Source of the DNA: an uncultured Rivularia sp.
GTDB taxonomy: Bacteria; Cyanobacteriota; Cyanobacteriia; Cyanobacteriales; Nostocaceae
Length of the DNA stretch: 64,000 bases
Reading direction: 5' to 3'
Assembly: GCA_963665115.1 (NCBI GenBank)
Contig: OY762007.1
Location: 7,424,001-7,488,000 of the forward strand
This document shows positions 28,953-38,932 of the stretch, piece by piece (position 1 is the first letter of the stretch; each line of letters starts with the position of its first letter). The notes beneath the pieces are model-generated. The model was not told the origin of the DNA and made no database searches. It saw nothing but the letters and a program-made list of their open reading frames with translations. Both the position numbers and the translations under genes were made by a program.

Positions 28953-31900
28953 ATGAAAAAGAATATATCTATTTTTATTGTTTCGATTTTATCTTTAGTT
29001 GTAACAGCCCAAATTACATTAGCTCAATCTATTAAAGAGTTAATGGAACAAGGGGATAAAGCATTAGACGCTGGTAGATATCCGCAAGCAGAAGCTATTT
29101 GGCAAGAAGTTTTGCGATCGCAACCTGGAAATGCTTACGCTTACAGAAAATTGGGAGATGCTCTGAGCAAGCAAAAGAAATTAGATGAAGCGATTGCTGC
29201 TTATCGTCAAGCAATCCAAATTAGTCCTGAGTACCATATTGCCTACGCAGGGTTGGGAAATGTTCTTTATGAACAAAAGAAATTAGATGAAGCGATTTTT
29301 GCTTATCGTAATGCAATTCAATTTAACCCTAAATATGCTTATGCCTACGCAGGATTAGGAGATGCTCTGAGTAAGCAAAATAAACTTGATGAAGCGATTT
29401 TTGCTTATCGTAAAGTAATCCAAATTAACCCCAAAAATGATTATGCCTACGCAGGATTAGGAGATGCTCTGAGTAAGCAAAATAAACTTGATGAAGCGAT
29501 TTTTGCTTATCGTAATGCAATTCAATTTAACTCTAAATATGCTTATGCCTACGCAGGATTAGGAGATGCTCTGAGTAAGCAGAATAAACTTGATGAAGCT
29601 GTTTTTGCTTATCGTAAAGCAATTCAAATTGATCCCAAATTCGATTATGCTTACGCAAAATTAGGGGACGCTCTAAGCAAGCAGAAGAATTTAGATGAAG
29701 CAATTGCTGCTTATCGTAAAGCAATCATAATTAACCCCAAATATGCTTATGCTCAGGTAGGATTAGGAGATGCTCTGAGTGAACAAAAGAAATTAGATGA
29801 AGCAGCTACTGCTTATCGTGAAGCTATTCAAATTAACCCTGAATATGATGTTGCTTACGCAGCATTGGGAGATGCTCTGAGCGAACAAAAGAAATTTGAT
29901 GAAGCAATAGCTGCTTATCGTAATGCTATTCAAATTTACCCTAAATACGCTTATGCTTACAGAAAATTAGGAGACGCTCTGAGTGAACAAAAGAAACTAG
30001 ATGAAGCAATTTCTGCTTATAGTAAAGCAATTCAAATTAATCCTAAATCCAAGGTTGCTTACGCAGGATTGGGAGATGCTCTTAGTAAACAAAAGAAATT
30101 AGATCAAGCAATAGCTGCTTATCGTAATGCTATTCAAATTGATCCTAAATATGCTTATGCTTATGCAGAATTGGGACATACTCTGAGCAAGCAAAAGAAA
30201 TTAGATGAAGCAATAGCTGCTTATCATAAAGCAATCCAGATTAATCCTAAATATGATTATGCTTATGCAAGATTGGGAGATGCTCTGAGCAAGCAAAAGA
30301 AACTAGATGAAGCGATTGCTGCTTATCGTAAAGCAATCCAAATTGACCCCAAATATGCTTATGCTTACGCAAAATTAGGAGATGCTCTGAGCGAACAAAA
30401 GAAATTTGATGAAGCAATCGATGCTTATCGTAATGCTATTCAAATTGACCCTAAATACGATATTGCTTATGTAAAGTTAGGAGATGCTCTGAGCGAACAA
30501 AAGAAATTTGATGAAGCAATAGCTGCTTATCGTAATGCTATTCAAATCGATACTAAATATGATTCTGCTTACGTAGGATTAGGAAATGCTCTGAGCGAAC
30601 AAAAGAAATTTGATGAAGCGATTGCTGCTTATCGTAATGCTATTCAAATCGATCCTAAATATGCTTATGCCTACCTAAGATTAGGAAATGCTCTAAGCGA
30701 ACAAAAGAAATTAAATGAAGCAATAGCTGCTTATCGTCAAGCAATTCAAATTGACCCTAAATATGATATTGCTTACGTAGTATTAGGATTGACTCTGAGT
30801 CATCAAAAGAAGTTAGATGAAGCAATTGCCGTTTATCAGAAAGCAATTGAAATGAACCCTAAATATGCTCCTGCTTACGTAGCATTGGGAAATGCTCTGA
30901 CTAAGCAAAAGAAGTTAGATGAAGCGATTGCTGCTTATCAGAAAGCATTTGAAATTAACCCTAAATATGCTCATGCTTACAAAGGATTAGGAGATGCTTA
31001 TAGCGAACATAAAAAATTAGAGGAGGCGATTGCTACTTATCGTAAAGCAATTGAAATCGACCCGCAATATACTGATGCTTACGTAAGTTTAGGAGATGTT
31101 CTGAGGGAACAAAAGAAAGTAGATGAAGCGATTGCTGCTTATCGTAAAGCAATTGAAATCGACCCGCAATATACTGATGCTTACTTTAGCTTAGGGACAC
31201 TTTTTAGCGAACAAAAGAAACGTGATAAGGCAATTGCTCTTTATCAAAAAATAATAAAAATTAATCCGAAATCAATCCTTGGTTATCTTGGTTTAGGTGT
31301 AGAACTTATTCAACAAAACAAGACAGAAGAAGCTGTTAAATATTTTAGAAAAGCGGTCGATATCGAACCTAAAATTGCTTTGTCTTGGACTATACTAAGT
31401 TACGGATTAAGTTTGGATAGAAAATACGAAGAAGCGGAAAAAGCCTCTCGTCAAGCTATTAAGCTAGATCAAAATCTTACCGATGCTTACAACAGTTTAG
31501 GATCGGTCTTCAGCTTTCAAAATAAATTTGAACAAGCAATTATATACTATAAAAAAGCACTTGAAATCGACCCCCTCGATCCAAGTTCTATCGCGAATTT
31601 AGGTGAAGCACTCTATTATTTAGGAAAGCTAGATGAATCAGCGTTAGCTCTTCGCAAATCGCTTAAGCTCGAACCTAGCGCTTTTGCCTATGCAAAGCTG
31701 GGTGAAGTATTAAGAAAACAAAATAAACTGGATGAATCAATTATTGCTTACCGTGAAGCTTTAAAATTGCCAGATGAAATTTCAACCACAAGAGAAGGAA
31801 ATATCAAATGGATAATTACCAATTCCCATGCAGTCGCTCATAATGGTTTAGGTTTAGCATTACAAGAACAAGGGAAACTAACAAAAGCGATATCTGAATT

Positions 31901-32696
31901 TGAGCTTGCCATTACTTTTGATGCTGATTTTACCACTGCTAAAAATAATCTCAATGAAGCAAAAAGGTTATTACAACAACAACGCGATCCAAAATCCCCC
32001 ATTACTGACGATCGCAATTACGTACCTGATGAAAACGACGAACCTTTGGTAAAAATTTTGCGTTCTACAGCCTGGATACGTACTGTTCTTCAAGATGATA
32101 ATAATTTTATCGGTAGTGGTTGGGTAATCAAACGCGAGGGTGATACTGTTTGGATTGTGACTAATCGTCATGTTTTAGCAGATAGACGTTCTAAACAATT
32201 GGGTAAAAAGATTGAGGTAGCTTTTTTCAGCGAACTTCCAAATTCCCAACGTCCTCGCTATCAAGCAACTATTGAGAAGCATAACGAAGAACCAGATTTA
32301 GCAGTACTCAAGGTAAAAGGTGTACCTCCAGATATTCAACCCCTAAAATTCCTTACCGGGAGAGTGAAACGCAGCACTAATGTCAAAATCATTGGACATC
32401 CAATAACTACAAACAACCCTTGGAATACTGCTGATGGTAAAGTTATGAATTATTCTCGCTACGAAAGCACTATTCCCTTAGATGCCAATGTTGCTGAAGG
32501 TAATTCTGGTGGTCCGGTGATCGATGAACAGGGACAAGTTATTGCGATGATGGTAAGTATCCGTTCCCAAGAAGATGTTGATACTAATCGAATTGAAGAC
32601 CTTACAGATATTCAACCGGCAACTAGAGGGGTTGGATTTGCTTATCGAATTGATATTATCGTCGAAAAGCTGCGTTCTTGGCGTATTTTAAATTAA
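28953..32696 (+). CDS. Exported TPR-array protein with C-terminal trypsin-like (S1) serine protease
   Basis: Signal peptide, about 28 TPRs, triad VTNRHV / PDLAVL / GNSGGP. Confidence 0.93.
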   Translation: MKKNISIFIVSILSLVVTAQITLAQSIKELMEQGDKALDAGRYPQAEAIWQEVLRSQPGNAYAYRKLGDALSKQKKLDEAIAAYRQAIQISPEYHIAYAGLGNVLYEQKKLDEAIFAYRNAIQFNPKYAYAYAGLGDALSKQNKLDEAIFAYRKVIQINPKNDYAYAGLGDALSKQNKLDEAIFAYRNAIQFNSKYAYAYAGLGDALSKQNKLDEAVFAYRKAIQIDPKFDYAYAKLGDALSKQKNLDEAIAAYRKAIIINPKYAYAQVGLGDALSEQKKLDEAATAYREAIQINPEYDVAYAALGDALSEQKKFDEAIAAYRNAIQIYPKYAYAYRKLGDALSEQKKLDEAISAYSKAIQINPKSKVAYAGLGDALSKQKKLDQAIAAYRNAIQIDPKYAYAYAELGHTLSKQKKLDEAIAAYHKAIQINPKYDYAYARLGDALSKQKKLDEAIAAYRKAIQIDPKYAYAYAKLGDALSEQKKFDEAIDAYRNAIQIDPKYDIAYVKLGDALSEQKKFDEAIAAYRNAIQIDTKYDSAYVGLGNALSEQKKFDEAIAAYRNAIQIDPKYAYAYLRLGNALSEQKKLNEAIAAYRQAIQIDPKYDIAYVVLGLTLSHQKKLDEAIAVYQKAIEMNPKYAPAYVALGNALTKQKKLDEAIAAYQKAFEINPKYAHAYKGLGDAYSEHKKLEEAIATYRKAIEIDPQYTDAYVSLGDVLREQKKVDEAIAAYRKAIEIDPQYTDAYFSLGTLFSEQKKRDKAIALYQKIIKINPKSILGYLGLGVELIQQNKTEEAVKYFRKAVDIEPKIALSWTILSYGLSLDRKYEEAEKASRQAIKLDQNLTDAYNSLGSVFSFQNKFEQAIIYYKKALEIDPLDPSSIANLGEALYYLGKLDESALALRKSLKLEPSAFAYAKLGEVLRKQNKLDESIIAYREALKLPDEISTTREGNIKWIITNSHAVAHNGLGLALQEQGKLTKAISEFELAITFDADFTTAKNNLNEAKRLLQQQRDPKSPITDDRNYVPDENDEPLVKILRSTAWIRTVLQDDNNFIGSGWVIKREGDTVWIVTNRHVLADRRSKQLGKKIEVAFFSELPNSQRPRYQATIEKHNEEPDLAVLKVKGVPPDIQPLKFLTGRVKRSTNVKIIGHPITTNNPWNTADGKVMNYSRYESTIPLDANVAEGNSGGPVIDEQGQVIAMMVSIRSQEDVDTNRIEDLTDIQPATRGVGFAYRIDIIVEKLRSWRILN
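29133..31274 (+). repeat. 21 tandem near-identical 102-nt coding repeats (TPR units)
   Basis: Recurrent TTAGGAGATGCTCTGAG…GATGAAGC…GCTTATCGTAA at a 102-nt period. Confidence 0.92.
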
Positions 32697-32833
32697 AAAT
32701 GAAATTCAAGTAAATTCAAATAAATTCAAATAGATATACCAAAAATGTAATCTAAATCACTTGTATGTTTGGTAATCACTATGTAATATCCATGAATAAT
32801 CTCTAATCTTGGTCTAATTAGCTAAAAATTGCA

Positions 32834-33541
32834 ATGATTGACAATCGAAGATCGTTTAACTACAAACTTTTATTCATCGGTTTATTACTTTTTTTCTTCA
32901 ATCCCAAGGTTGCTCAAGCTTGTCCAAGAACAAGTAACCCTCGCTCTCTAGCTTACGTGCGTCGAGATAATAATCGTTGTGAAGGACTGCAAAGACGGAA
33001 TGTTAGTAGTAGTACATTTGATTTAATTTCTTTTTCTACTAGTAATATTAATCGCTATCCTCAAACTCTTAATATTCGCGTTCGCGGGACTGGTAAAACA
33101 CGTCCAACCATTGAAGTACAATCTTTCTACAGAAACTATCGTTTAGATCGGGTAAAGGCTGGTTTTACTACTTTGGGTTTTAGCTTTCCCCTCAAAACAG
33201 ATATTCTCAGACGTGCAGTCATTCCTTGGAAAAATCTACGCTCTTTAGCGTACATTAATCAAAATTCAAATCGTATTTATTTTCCCGTGATTCTAGAAAA
33301 ATCTTCTGACAAATACGAATTTATTATTAATAGTCCCCGACGCAATACTTTTCCAATTTTTAAGATTCGCCGTAATGGTAAAACGGTACTCAGTAAACCC
33401 CGTAATATTCCTCGAAAAGGACATATTCCATTGACTTGGAAATACGGTAATGCTCCTGCTGGACTCTATGAACTCTACGTTGTAAATGGTAGAGGGAAAA
33501 GACGTACTTTTCGATTCAGACATAATCCAAAATGGCTGTGA
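32834..33541 (+). CDS. Hypothetical exported, very basic protein
   Basis: Signal peptide ending AQA, Cys pair (CPRTS…NNRCEG), Arg-rich, beta-rich. Confidence 0.8.
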   Translation: MIDNRRSFNYKLLFIGLLLFFFNPKVAQACPRTSNPRSLAYVRRDNNRCEGLQRRNVSSSTFDLISFSTSNINRYPQTLNIRVRGTGKTRPTIEVQSFYRNYRLDRVKAGFTTLGFSFPLKTDILRRAVIPWKNLRSLAYINQNSNRIYFPVILEKSSDKYEFIINSPRRNTFPIFKIRRNGKTVLSKPRNIPRKGHIPLTWKYGNAPAGLYELYVVNGRGKRRTFRFRHNPKWL

Positions 33542-33568
33542 TTCAATCTCTATATATTCGGCTTTTAT

Positions 33569-34894
33569 ATGTCTAACAAACCCAAGCAAAGAAGTTACAA
33601 CAATAGCAAACGTAAAACACAGAAATTGCATTGGTGTAAAACAGTTTTGAAAACATTAATTAAGCTGTTAAAACTTTTATGCAGATGGTCATTAAGAAGC
33701 TCGAAAAAAATTGTTGCGTTGTTACGTCGTCAGCAGCGATGGGATAAAATTATAGTAATATTTTTGATGATTTTTTGGATAGTAATTATTATCGGTTATT
33801 TTTTCTTTCCTGGTAGTTACGTTTTTGAAGGGAATCTGATTGTCAAAGAAATGAGCTTTAACTATACTGGGCAGACAGAAAAACTATTTTTGCAATCCAT
33901 TGATAACATTAAAAAATTAGACCTTCAAGGAATTATCCTTCAACCTATAACTTTAACAGGAAGCTTTTCTAGCTCAGAACCTCAATTAAATAAAAAATTG
34001 TCTAATTTGACTGAACTTACAATTGAGTTAAAGAATACTACAAGTAATTTAATTTTTACTCCTGTAAATTCTTCAGATAGTGATATTTCTATTTTAGAAC
34101 TGCGTTTATATCCAGAAATTCAAGTCAACCAACTTACTTACAATCCTAAACAGAACCAGCTTTCTTTTTGCCTTAAAGGAGCTAGCGTGGATGCAAAAGC
34201 TTGTCTTTTTCCAGACAGTTTACCTTTGAGTGACTTAAACAAAAAGCAAAAAGCTGTTGGTAATTTAAAACTATATATTGGACAAAAGCCATTAACTGTT
34301 AGTTTATCAGTGGCTAATATACCTGAGTTAAATATTGCAGATGATGAAGAAATATCTTTGCAATTTGTTCCTCAAGTAGATGAATTATTTCTGCCAATTA
34401 TATCACCAACACATTTATTTATTAATTTACCAGAAAATAATCAAAGCGAAAATGCGGTTACAGAAACACAATGGTTGAGGGGGGATATTGAAGTTAGTAA
34501 TGTTAGCTTCTCACAATATGACATTACAAATAACGTAACAGATGAAATTAAAAATTCTACAATTTTAGAAGGTCAAGTTAGAATGGGTAGCCAAAAAATA
34601 GAGCTACAGCCAAATCAATTTTTGATTATTCTATCAAAAACGCCAGGAATTAAAAAATTACGAAATATCCAAATTCAAACTCAATCACCTCAAGGTTTAA
34701 ATACTTTATTTTTTGGAGAAAGCAAAGGTATTGCTGTTGGTTTATATCCAGAATTTCCATTACAAAAAATTGAATTAAGCTGGTTGTCTAAACATTTTTC
34801 TCAAGAAGCAACTAATTCTATTTTGGCATTTCTTGCAGCTTGTACGGGTATTTTACTGCCGCGTTTATTTCCCGAACCATCAAATAAGAAATAA
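33569..34894 (+). CDS. Hypothetical membrane protein with TM helices at both ends and a large beta-rich loop
   Basis: 441 aa; TM IIVIFLMIFWIVIIIGYFFF and ILAFLAACTGILLP; starts 27 bp after the previous gene. Confidence 0.8.
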   Translation: MSNKPKQRSYNNSKRKTQKLHWCKTVLKTLIKLLKLLCRWSLRSSKKIVALLRRQQRWDKIIVIFLMIFWIVIIIGYFFFPGSYVFEGNLIVKEMSFNYTGQTEKLFLQSIDNIKKLDLQGIILQPITLTGSFSSSEPQLNKKLSNLTELTIELKNTTSNLIFTPVNSSDSDISILELRLYPEIQVNQLTYNPKQNQLSFCLKGASVDAKACLFPDSLPLSDLNKKQKAVGNLKLYIGQKPLTVSLSVANIPELNIADDEEISLQFVPQVDELFLPIISPTHLFINLPENNQSENAVTETQWLRGDIEVSNVSFSQYDITNNVTDEIKNSTILEGQVRMGSQKIELQPNQFLIILSKTPGIKKLRNIQIQTQSPQGLNTLFFGESKGIAVGLYPEFPLQKIELSWLSKHFSQEATNSILAFLAACTGILLPRLFPEPSNKK

Positions 34895-35083
34895 ACTTAA
34901 AGTCCAATATAGTGCTTTTCGTCTGAGTGGAATACACTTCGAGAAACCTTACCATACCTACAGCATTCATCTACTTACCAAAGAGATTGAGAAGATGGGG
35001 AAGATAGGGAGCAAGATGCTCCACTACTTATCTATATAGAGCTTTTAACTCACTACTCCTAACTCATAACCTTTGACCTTAAA

Positions 35084-36457
35084 TCACTTTCTACCGAAAT
35101 TAACTTTGTCTGTGTATTCGGAATTGTAAGCTTCTTCGCCGTGTTCGCTGATGTCCATTCCTTGTAATTCGGCGTTTTCGTGTACTCGCAGTCCAACGGT
35201 ACTTTCAACTACTTTCAGAATTATCCACGTACCAAATCCGGCAACAAAATAAGTCACTGCAATTGCTGCAAGTTCTAAAAGTAATTCGTCGGGATTGCCG
35301 AATAATAAACCATTTCTCCCGGCTGGATTAACGGCTCTGCTGGCAAAGATACCTGTCAAAATCGCGCCTACAGTACCGCCTATGCCATGAATGGGGAATG
35401 TATCCAAAGCATCATCAACCTGCATCTTATGCTTGATACTGACGGCATAGAAGCAAATAAAACCGGTAATACTACCAATCAATATTGCTGCGATTGGTGA
35501 AACAAATCCTGCTGCTGGAGTAATACCGACTAAGCCTGCAACGGCTCCTGTGGCTGCACCTACTGCTGTAGATTTACCGCGCAATACTCTTTCTAAAATC
35601 AACCAAGTTAAAGTTCCTGCTGCTGCACTGGTATTGGTATTTACAAAGGCTATTACTGCTAAATTATTTGCTTCTAAAGCGCTACCTGCATTAAATCCAA
35701 ACCAGCCAAACCATAATAAACCAGCACCTAACAAAATGAAGGGTACGTTGTGCGGTGGACTCAATTTATCGGGAAAACTTTTTCGAGGCTTGAGGTACAT
35801 GGCTGCAACGAAAGCGGATACCCCAGAACTAATATGTATGACAGTACCACCAGCAAAATCTAACGCACCCCAACCACCAGATAAACTTAATAATCCACCT
35901 ACACCCCATATCATATGCGCGATGGGGGAATAGATAAAAAATGACCACAAAACGATAAATACAGAGTATCCGGTGAAACTCATTCGTTCTGCGATCGCGC
36001 CGGAAATTAGGGCTGGGGCAATAATGGCAAACATTCCCTGATAAGCCATGAATGCCAAGTGGGGAATTTGTGGTGCGTATTCGCTTGGTTGCAAACCAAC
36101 ATCGTTTAAGCCGAACCATTCAAACCCACCAACAAATGCGTTACCGGGTGCAAAAGCGAAGCTATAGCCCCACAGAATCCAAGTGACACCGATAATAGCC
36201 ATCGCGACAAAGCTCATCATCAGGGTATTAAGGACATTGCGGGTGCGGACAAATCCACCATAGAAAAAAGCAAGTCCCGGTGTCATCAGCAATACCAGGG
36301 CAGAGCAGATTAATACAAATGCGATAGAACCACTATTGGAGCCACCATTAAGAACAGGTGGAAAGCTTGGCGATCGGGTTTGAGCGAAGGCATTATCTAT
36401 CCTCCCACTTAAGAAAAGCAGAGTTATAGCTACTATCAATGTAATTTTTTTCAACAC
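35084..36457 (-). CDS. amtB: Ammonium transporter, AmtB type
   Basis: LMTPGLAFFYGG, DFAGGTVIH, WFGWFGFNAGS, DDALDTFPIHG, EHGEEAY. Confidence 0.93.
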   Translation of the reverse strand: MLKKITLIVAITLLFLSGRIDNAFAQTRSPSFPPVLNGGSNSGSIAFVLICSALVLLMTPGLAFFYGGFVRTRNVLNTLMMSFVAMAIIGVTWILWGYSFAFAPGNAFVGGFEWFGLNDVGLQPSEYAPQIPHLAFMAYQGMFAIIAPALISGAIAERMSFTGYSVFIVLWSFFIYSPIAHMIWGVGGLLSLSGGWGALDFAGGTVIHISSGVSAFVAAMYLKPRKSFPDKLSPPHNVPFILLGAGLLWFGWFGFNAGSALEANNLAVIAFVNTNTSAAAGTLTWLILERVLRGKSTAVGAATGAVAGLVGITPAAGFVSPIAAILIGSITGFICFYAVSIKHKMQVDDALDTFPIHGIGGTVGAILTGIFASRAVNPAGRNGLLFGNPDELLLELAAIAVTYFVAGFGTWIILKVVESTVGLRVHENAELQGMDISEHGEEAYNSEYTDKVNFGRK

Positions 36458-36780
36458 TTTTTATTGTCCTTGTGCGCCGACTATCTTTGTGTTTGTAAAT
36501 AGATGCGATTACTTCAATAATCAAGAAGTTAACTTGTAATCGAAAGGCAGAAAATAGGACGCAGAGAGTAATAATTAGAAAATTTTCACCTCAAAGCTTT
36601 GAGATAATTCGCCTTCTGTAGAGTTAGAAAAGATTACCAAAAATTATCTAAAGTTAACCCGATTTTAATTGTGAAGAAAAAAACAAGATGTGGTTTTTAA
36701 GCTTTTGATAAAATGGCTTTTGCTTGAAATTTACAGAATAATTGGCAATTGGGGATTAGGCATTGGGCATGGTAAATAAT

Positions 36781-36935
36781 TAGGGAGTAGGGAGTAGGGA
36801 GTAGGAAGTAGGGAGTAGGGAGTAGGAGTAGGGAGTAGGGAGTAGGGAGTAGGGAGTAGGGAGTAGGGAGTAGGAAGTAGGGAGTAGGGAGTAGGAAGTA
36901 GGGAGTAGGAAGTAGGGAGTAGGAAGTAGGGAGTA
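36781..36935. repeat. Heptamer array (TAGGGAG/TAGGAAG)n, about 22 units
   Basis: Read directly. Confidence 0.95.
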
Positions 36936-36969
36936 AATCATTTCTTATTCTTATTGTTATGAATGTGAC

Positions 36970-37142
36970 TAAGCTGATGTGCAGCTAAATTGAATAATCC
37001 GTTAGCGTTCACGCTCCGCGTGCGGCTCAGCGTGTCCGTAGGACATAAATCTGAAAAGATAGTAGTGCGTTAGCGTAGCGTGTCCGCCAGGATAAGCATC
37101 TTGCACGAAGGGTACTATACAAATTAAATGCGTAGCAGCTTA
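36970..37142 (-). mobile_element. MITE of the TAAGCTG family, inverted, with nested small insertions
   Basis: Ends match the reverse complement of 24984-25086; extra GC-rich inserts at 37002-37047 and 37070-37094. Confidence 0.8.
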
Positions 37143-37215
37143 CTCATTACTTATTACTTATTACTTGTTACTCACTACTCACTACTTATTACTTGTTACT
37201 CACTACTCACTACTT
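37143..37215. repeat. Heptamer array (TTACTTA/CTACTCA)n
   Basis: Tandem 7-mers. Confidence 0.85.
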
Positions 37216-37249
37216 AAATAATGTCTTCCCCCTCTCTCCTTAAAGACTA

Positions 37250-38867
37250 ATGTTACAAAGTTTTATCTTAATCCTCCTTATCGGCTTTTTTGTCGGACAA
37301 GTTGCTCAACGACTGAAAATCCCTGCACTTGTGGGCATGATTTTGGTGGGAATTATTCTCAGCCCTCAAGTTGCTGATTTGATAGATCCTGCCGTACTTG
37401 CAGCGTCTGCTCCTTTGCGAACTATAGCTGTAATGGTAATTTTGATGAAGGCTGGGTTGGGGTTGGATCGAGAAAAACTGTTACAGCAAGGAACCGTAGC
37501 GCTGCGATTGGGATTTCTGCCTGCTAGTTGCGAAGCTTTAATTATTGCTTTAGCTGCAATGTGGATTTTAAAGTTTGATTTTCTTACGGGATTATTATTA
37601 GGCTGCATCATCGGAGCCGAATCTCCAGCGGTGATTGTACCGGGAATGCTACGACTCAAAAGCCTGGGTTGGGGAGTTAATAAAGGAATTCCCGATGCCA
37701 TACTTACCGGGAGTGCTTTATCAGATGTGCTATTACTATTAGTCTTTAGTTTATTACTGAATTTTTTGGGGCAGGGAACAACTTCGGGATTAACATTACC
37801 TTTCGGTTTAACTTTGAATGCGTTTCTACTGCTACCTATTCAAATTATTTGTCAAATTGTTCTGGGAGCAGTCATAGGTTTAGTAACTGCAAAACTACTG
37901 GTTTTATTGTTAGCTAAACAAAACTGGACTCAAAGTACTGTACAAGACACTTTAGTTACAGCGAGTTTGGCTTTATTGCTGGTGGTGCTGGCAGAGAAGT
38001 TACCTGTTTTCTCAGGTTATTTAGCAGTTATGGTAACGGGTTTTTTCTTAATTGAATTTGATGCTCCCCTAGCTCGAAAATTGCGTTCGGGTTTCGATAG
38101 TCTATGGGTAGTAGCACAAATTATTTTGTTTGTTTTACTAGGTGCAAGCATTCAGATACAAGTTTTGGAAACAACTTTAGTCCCTGGATTAATTATTCTG
38201 GCAGTTGGAACCTTAGTAGGAAGAGCTTTTGGATGGTATCTGTCTACATTGGGAAGTAATTGGAAATGGCGAGAGCGGTTGTTTTTACTACCGGGTAATT
38301 CTGCAAAAGCCACCGTTCAAGCAGCAATTGGAGCGATTCCGTTAACACAAGGAATTGAAGGTGGAGAAACAATATTGGCGATCGCCGCTTTGTCTATCTT
38401 GGTAACAGCACCTCTGGGAGCTTGGGCAATTCCCACTTTTGCACCAAGATTGTTGGAGAAAGGTGAAGTAGATCCCACCAAGGTAGAAGTTAACCGTTTC
38501 TATTATTCTGCTGGCTGCCGTTGATACTTCTTCTATAGCGACTCAAGTGTTAACTAAAGCTGCCGATGTAGCCCGTCGTAGCGATGCATCTGTAATCGTA
38601 TTGCACGTCATCCAAACAAATAATCTTCCAGAAATAGAGTTTCTAAAATCAACATCTCAAAGGCTTCTAGCAGATATTCGCCATCAGTTCATTACCGCTA
38701 CGGGTTCAATTCCAGAAGAAATTATTAGCATTGCTGGGGATTATCAAGCTACAGATATTGTTATAGGTAAACGGGGACACCAAGCAATGGATGAAATTCT
38801 GGTGGGTTCTGTATCGCAAGCTGTATTAGAATCGAGTTCGATTCCTGTAATCTTAGTTGAGCGATAA
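37250..38867 (+). CDS. Cation:proton antiporter (CPA family) fused to a C-terminal USP domain; split by a +1 frameshift at 38497-38499
   Basis: AESPAVIVP, SAKATVQAA, TAPLGA; removing one T from CGTTTCT gives VNRSIILLAAVDTS leading into the USP domain (DIVIGKRG…GSVSQAVL). Confidence 0.88.
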
Positions 38868-38869
38868 GG

Positions 38870-38924
38870 TTTCGTAGTAAGGGCTTTAGCCCTAAATCCT
38901 AGCGATAAATCGCTTATTACAAAC
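38870..38924. repeat. REPIN-like doublet GTAGTAAGGGCTTTAGCCCT…AGCGATAAATCGCTTATTAC
   Basis: Inverted pair between convergent genes; the first arm matches 290-310. Confidence 0.7.
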
Positions 38925-38932
38925 TTTTAACT

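Noticed and set aside
29133..31274. CRISPR-like or DGR interpretation of the regular repeats
   Set aside because: Units are contiguous 102-nt coding repeats without unique spacers; no cas or reverse transcriptase gene in the window; variation is not adenine-specific
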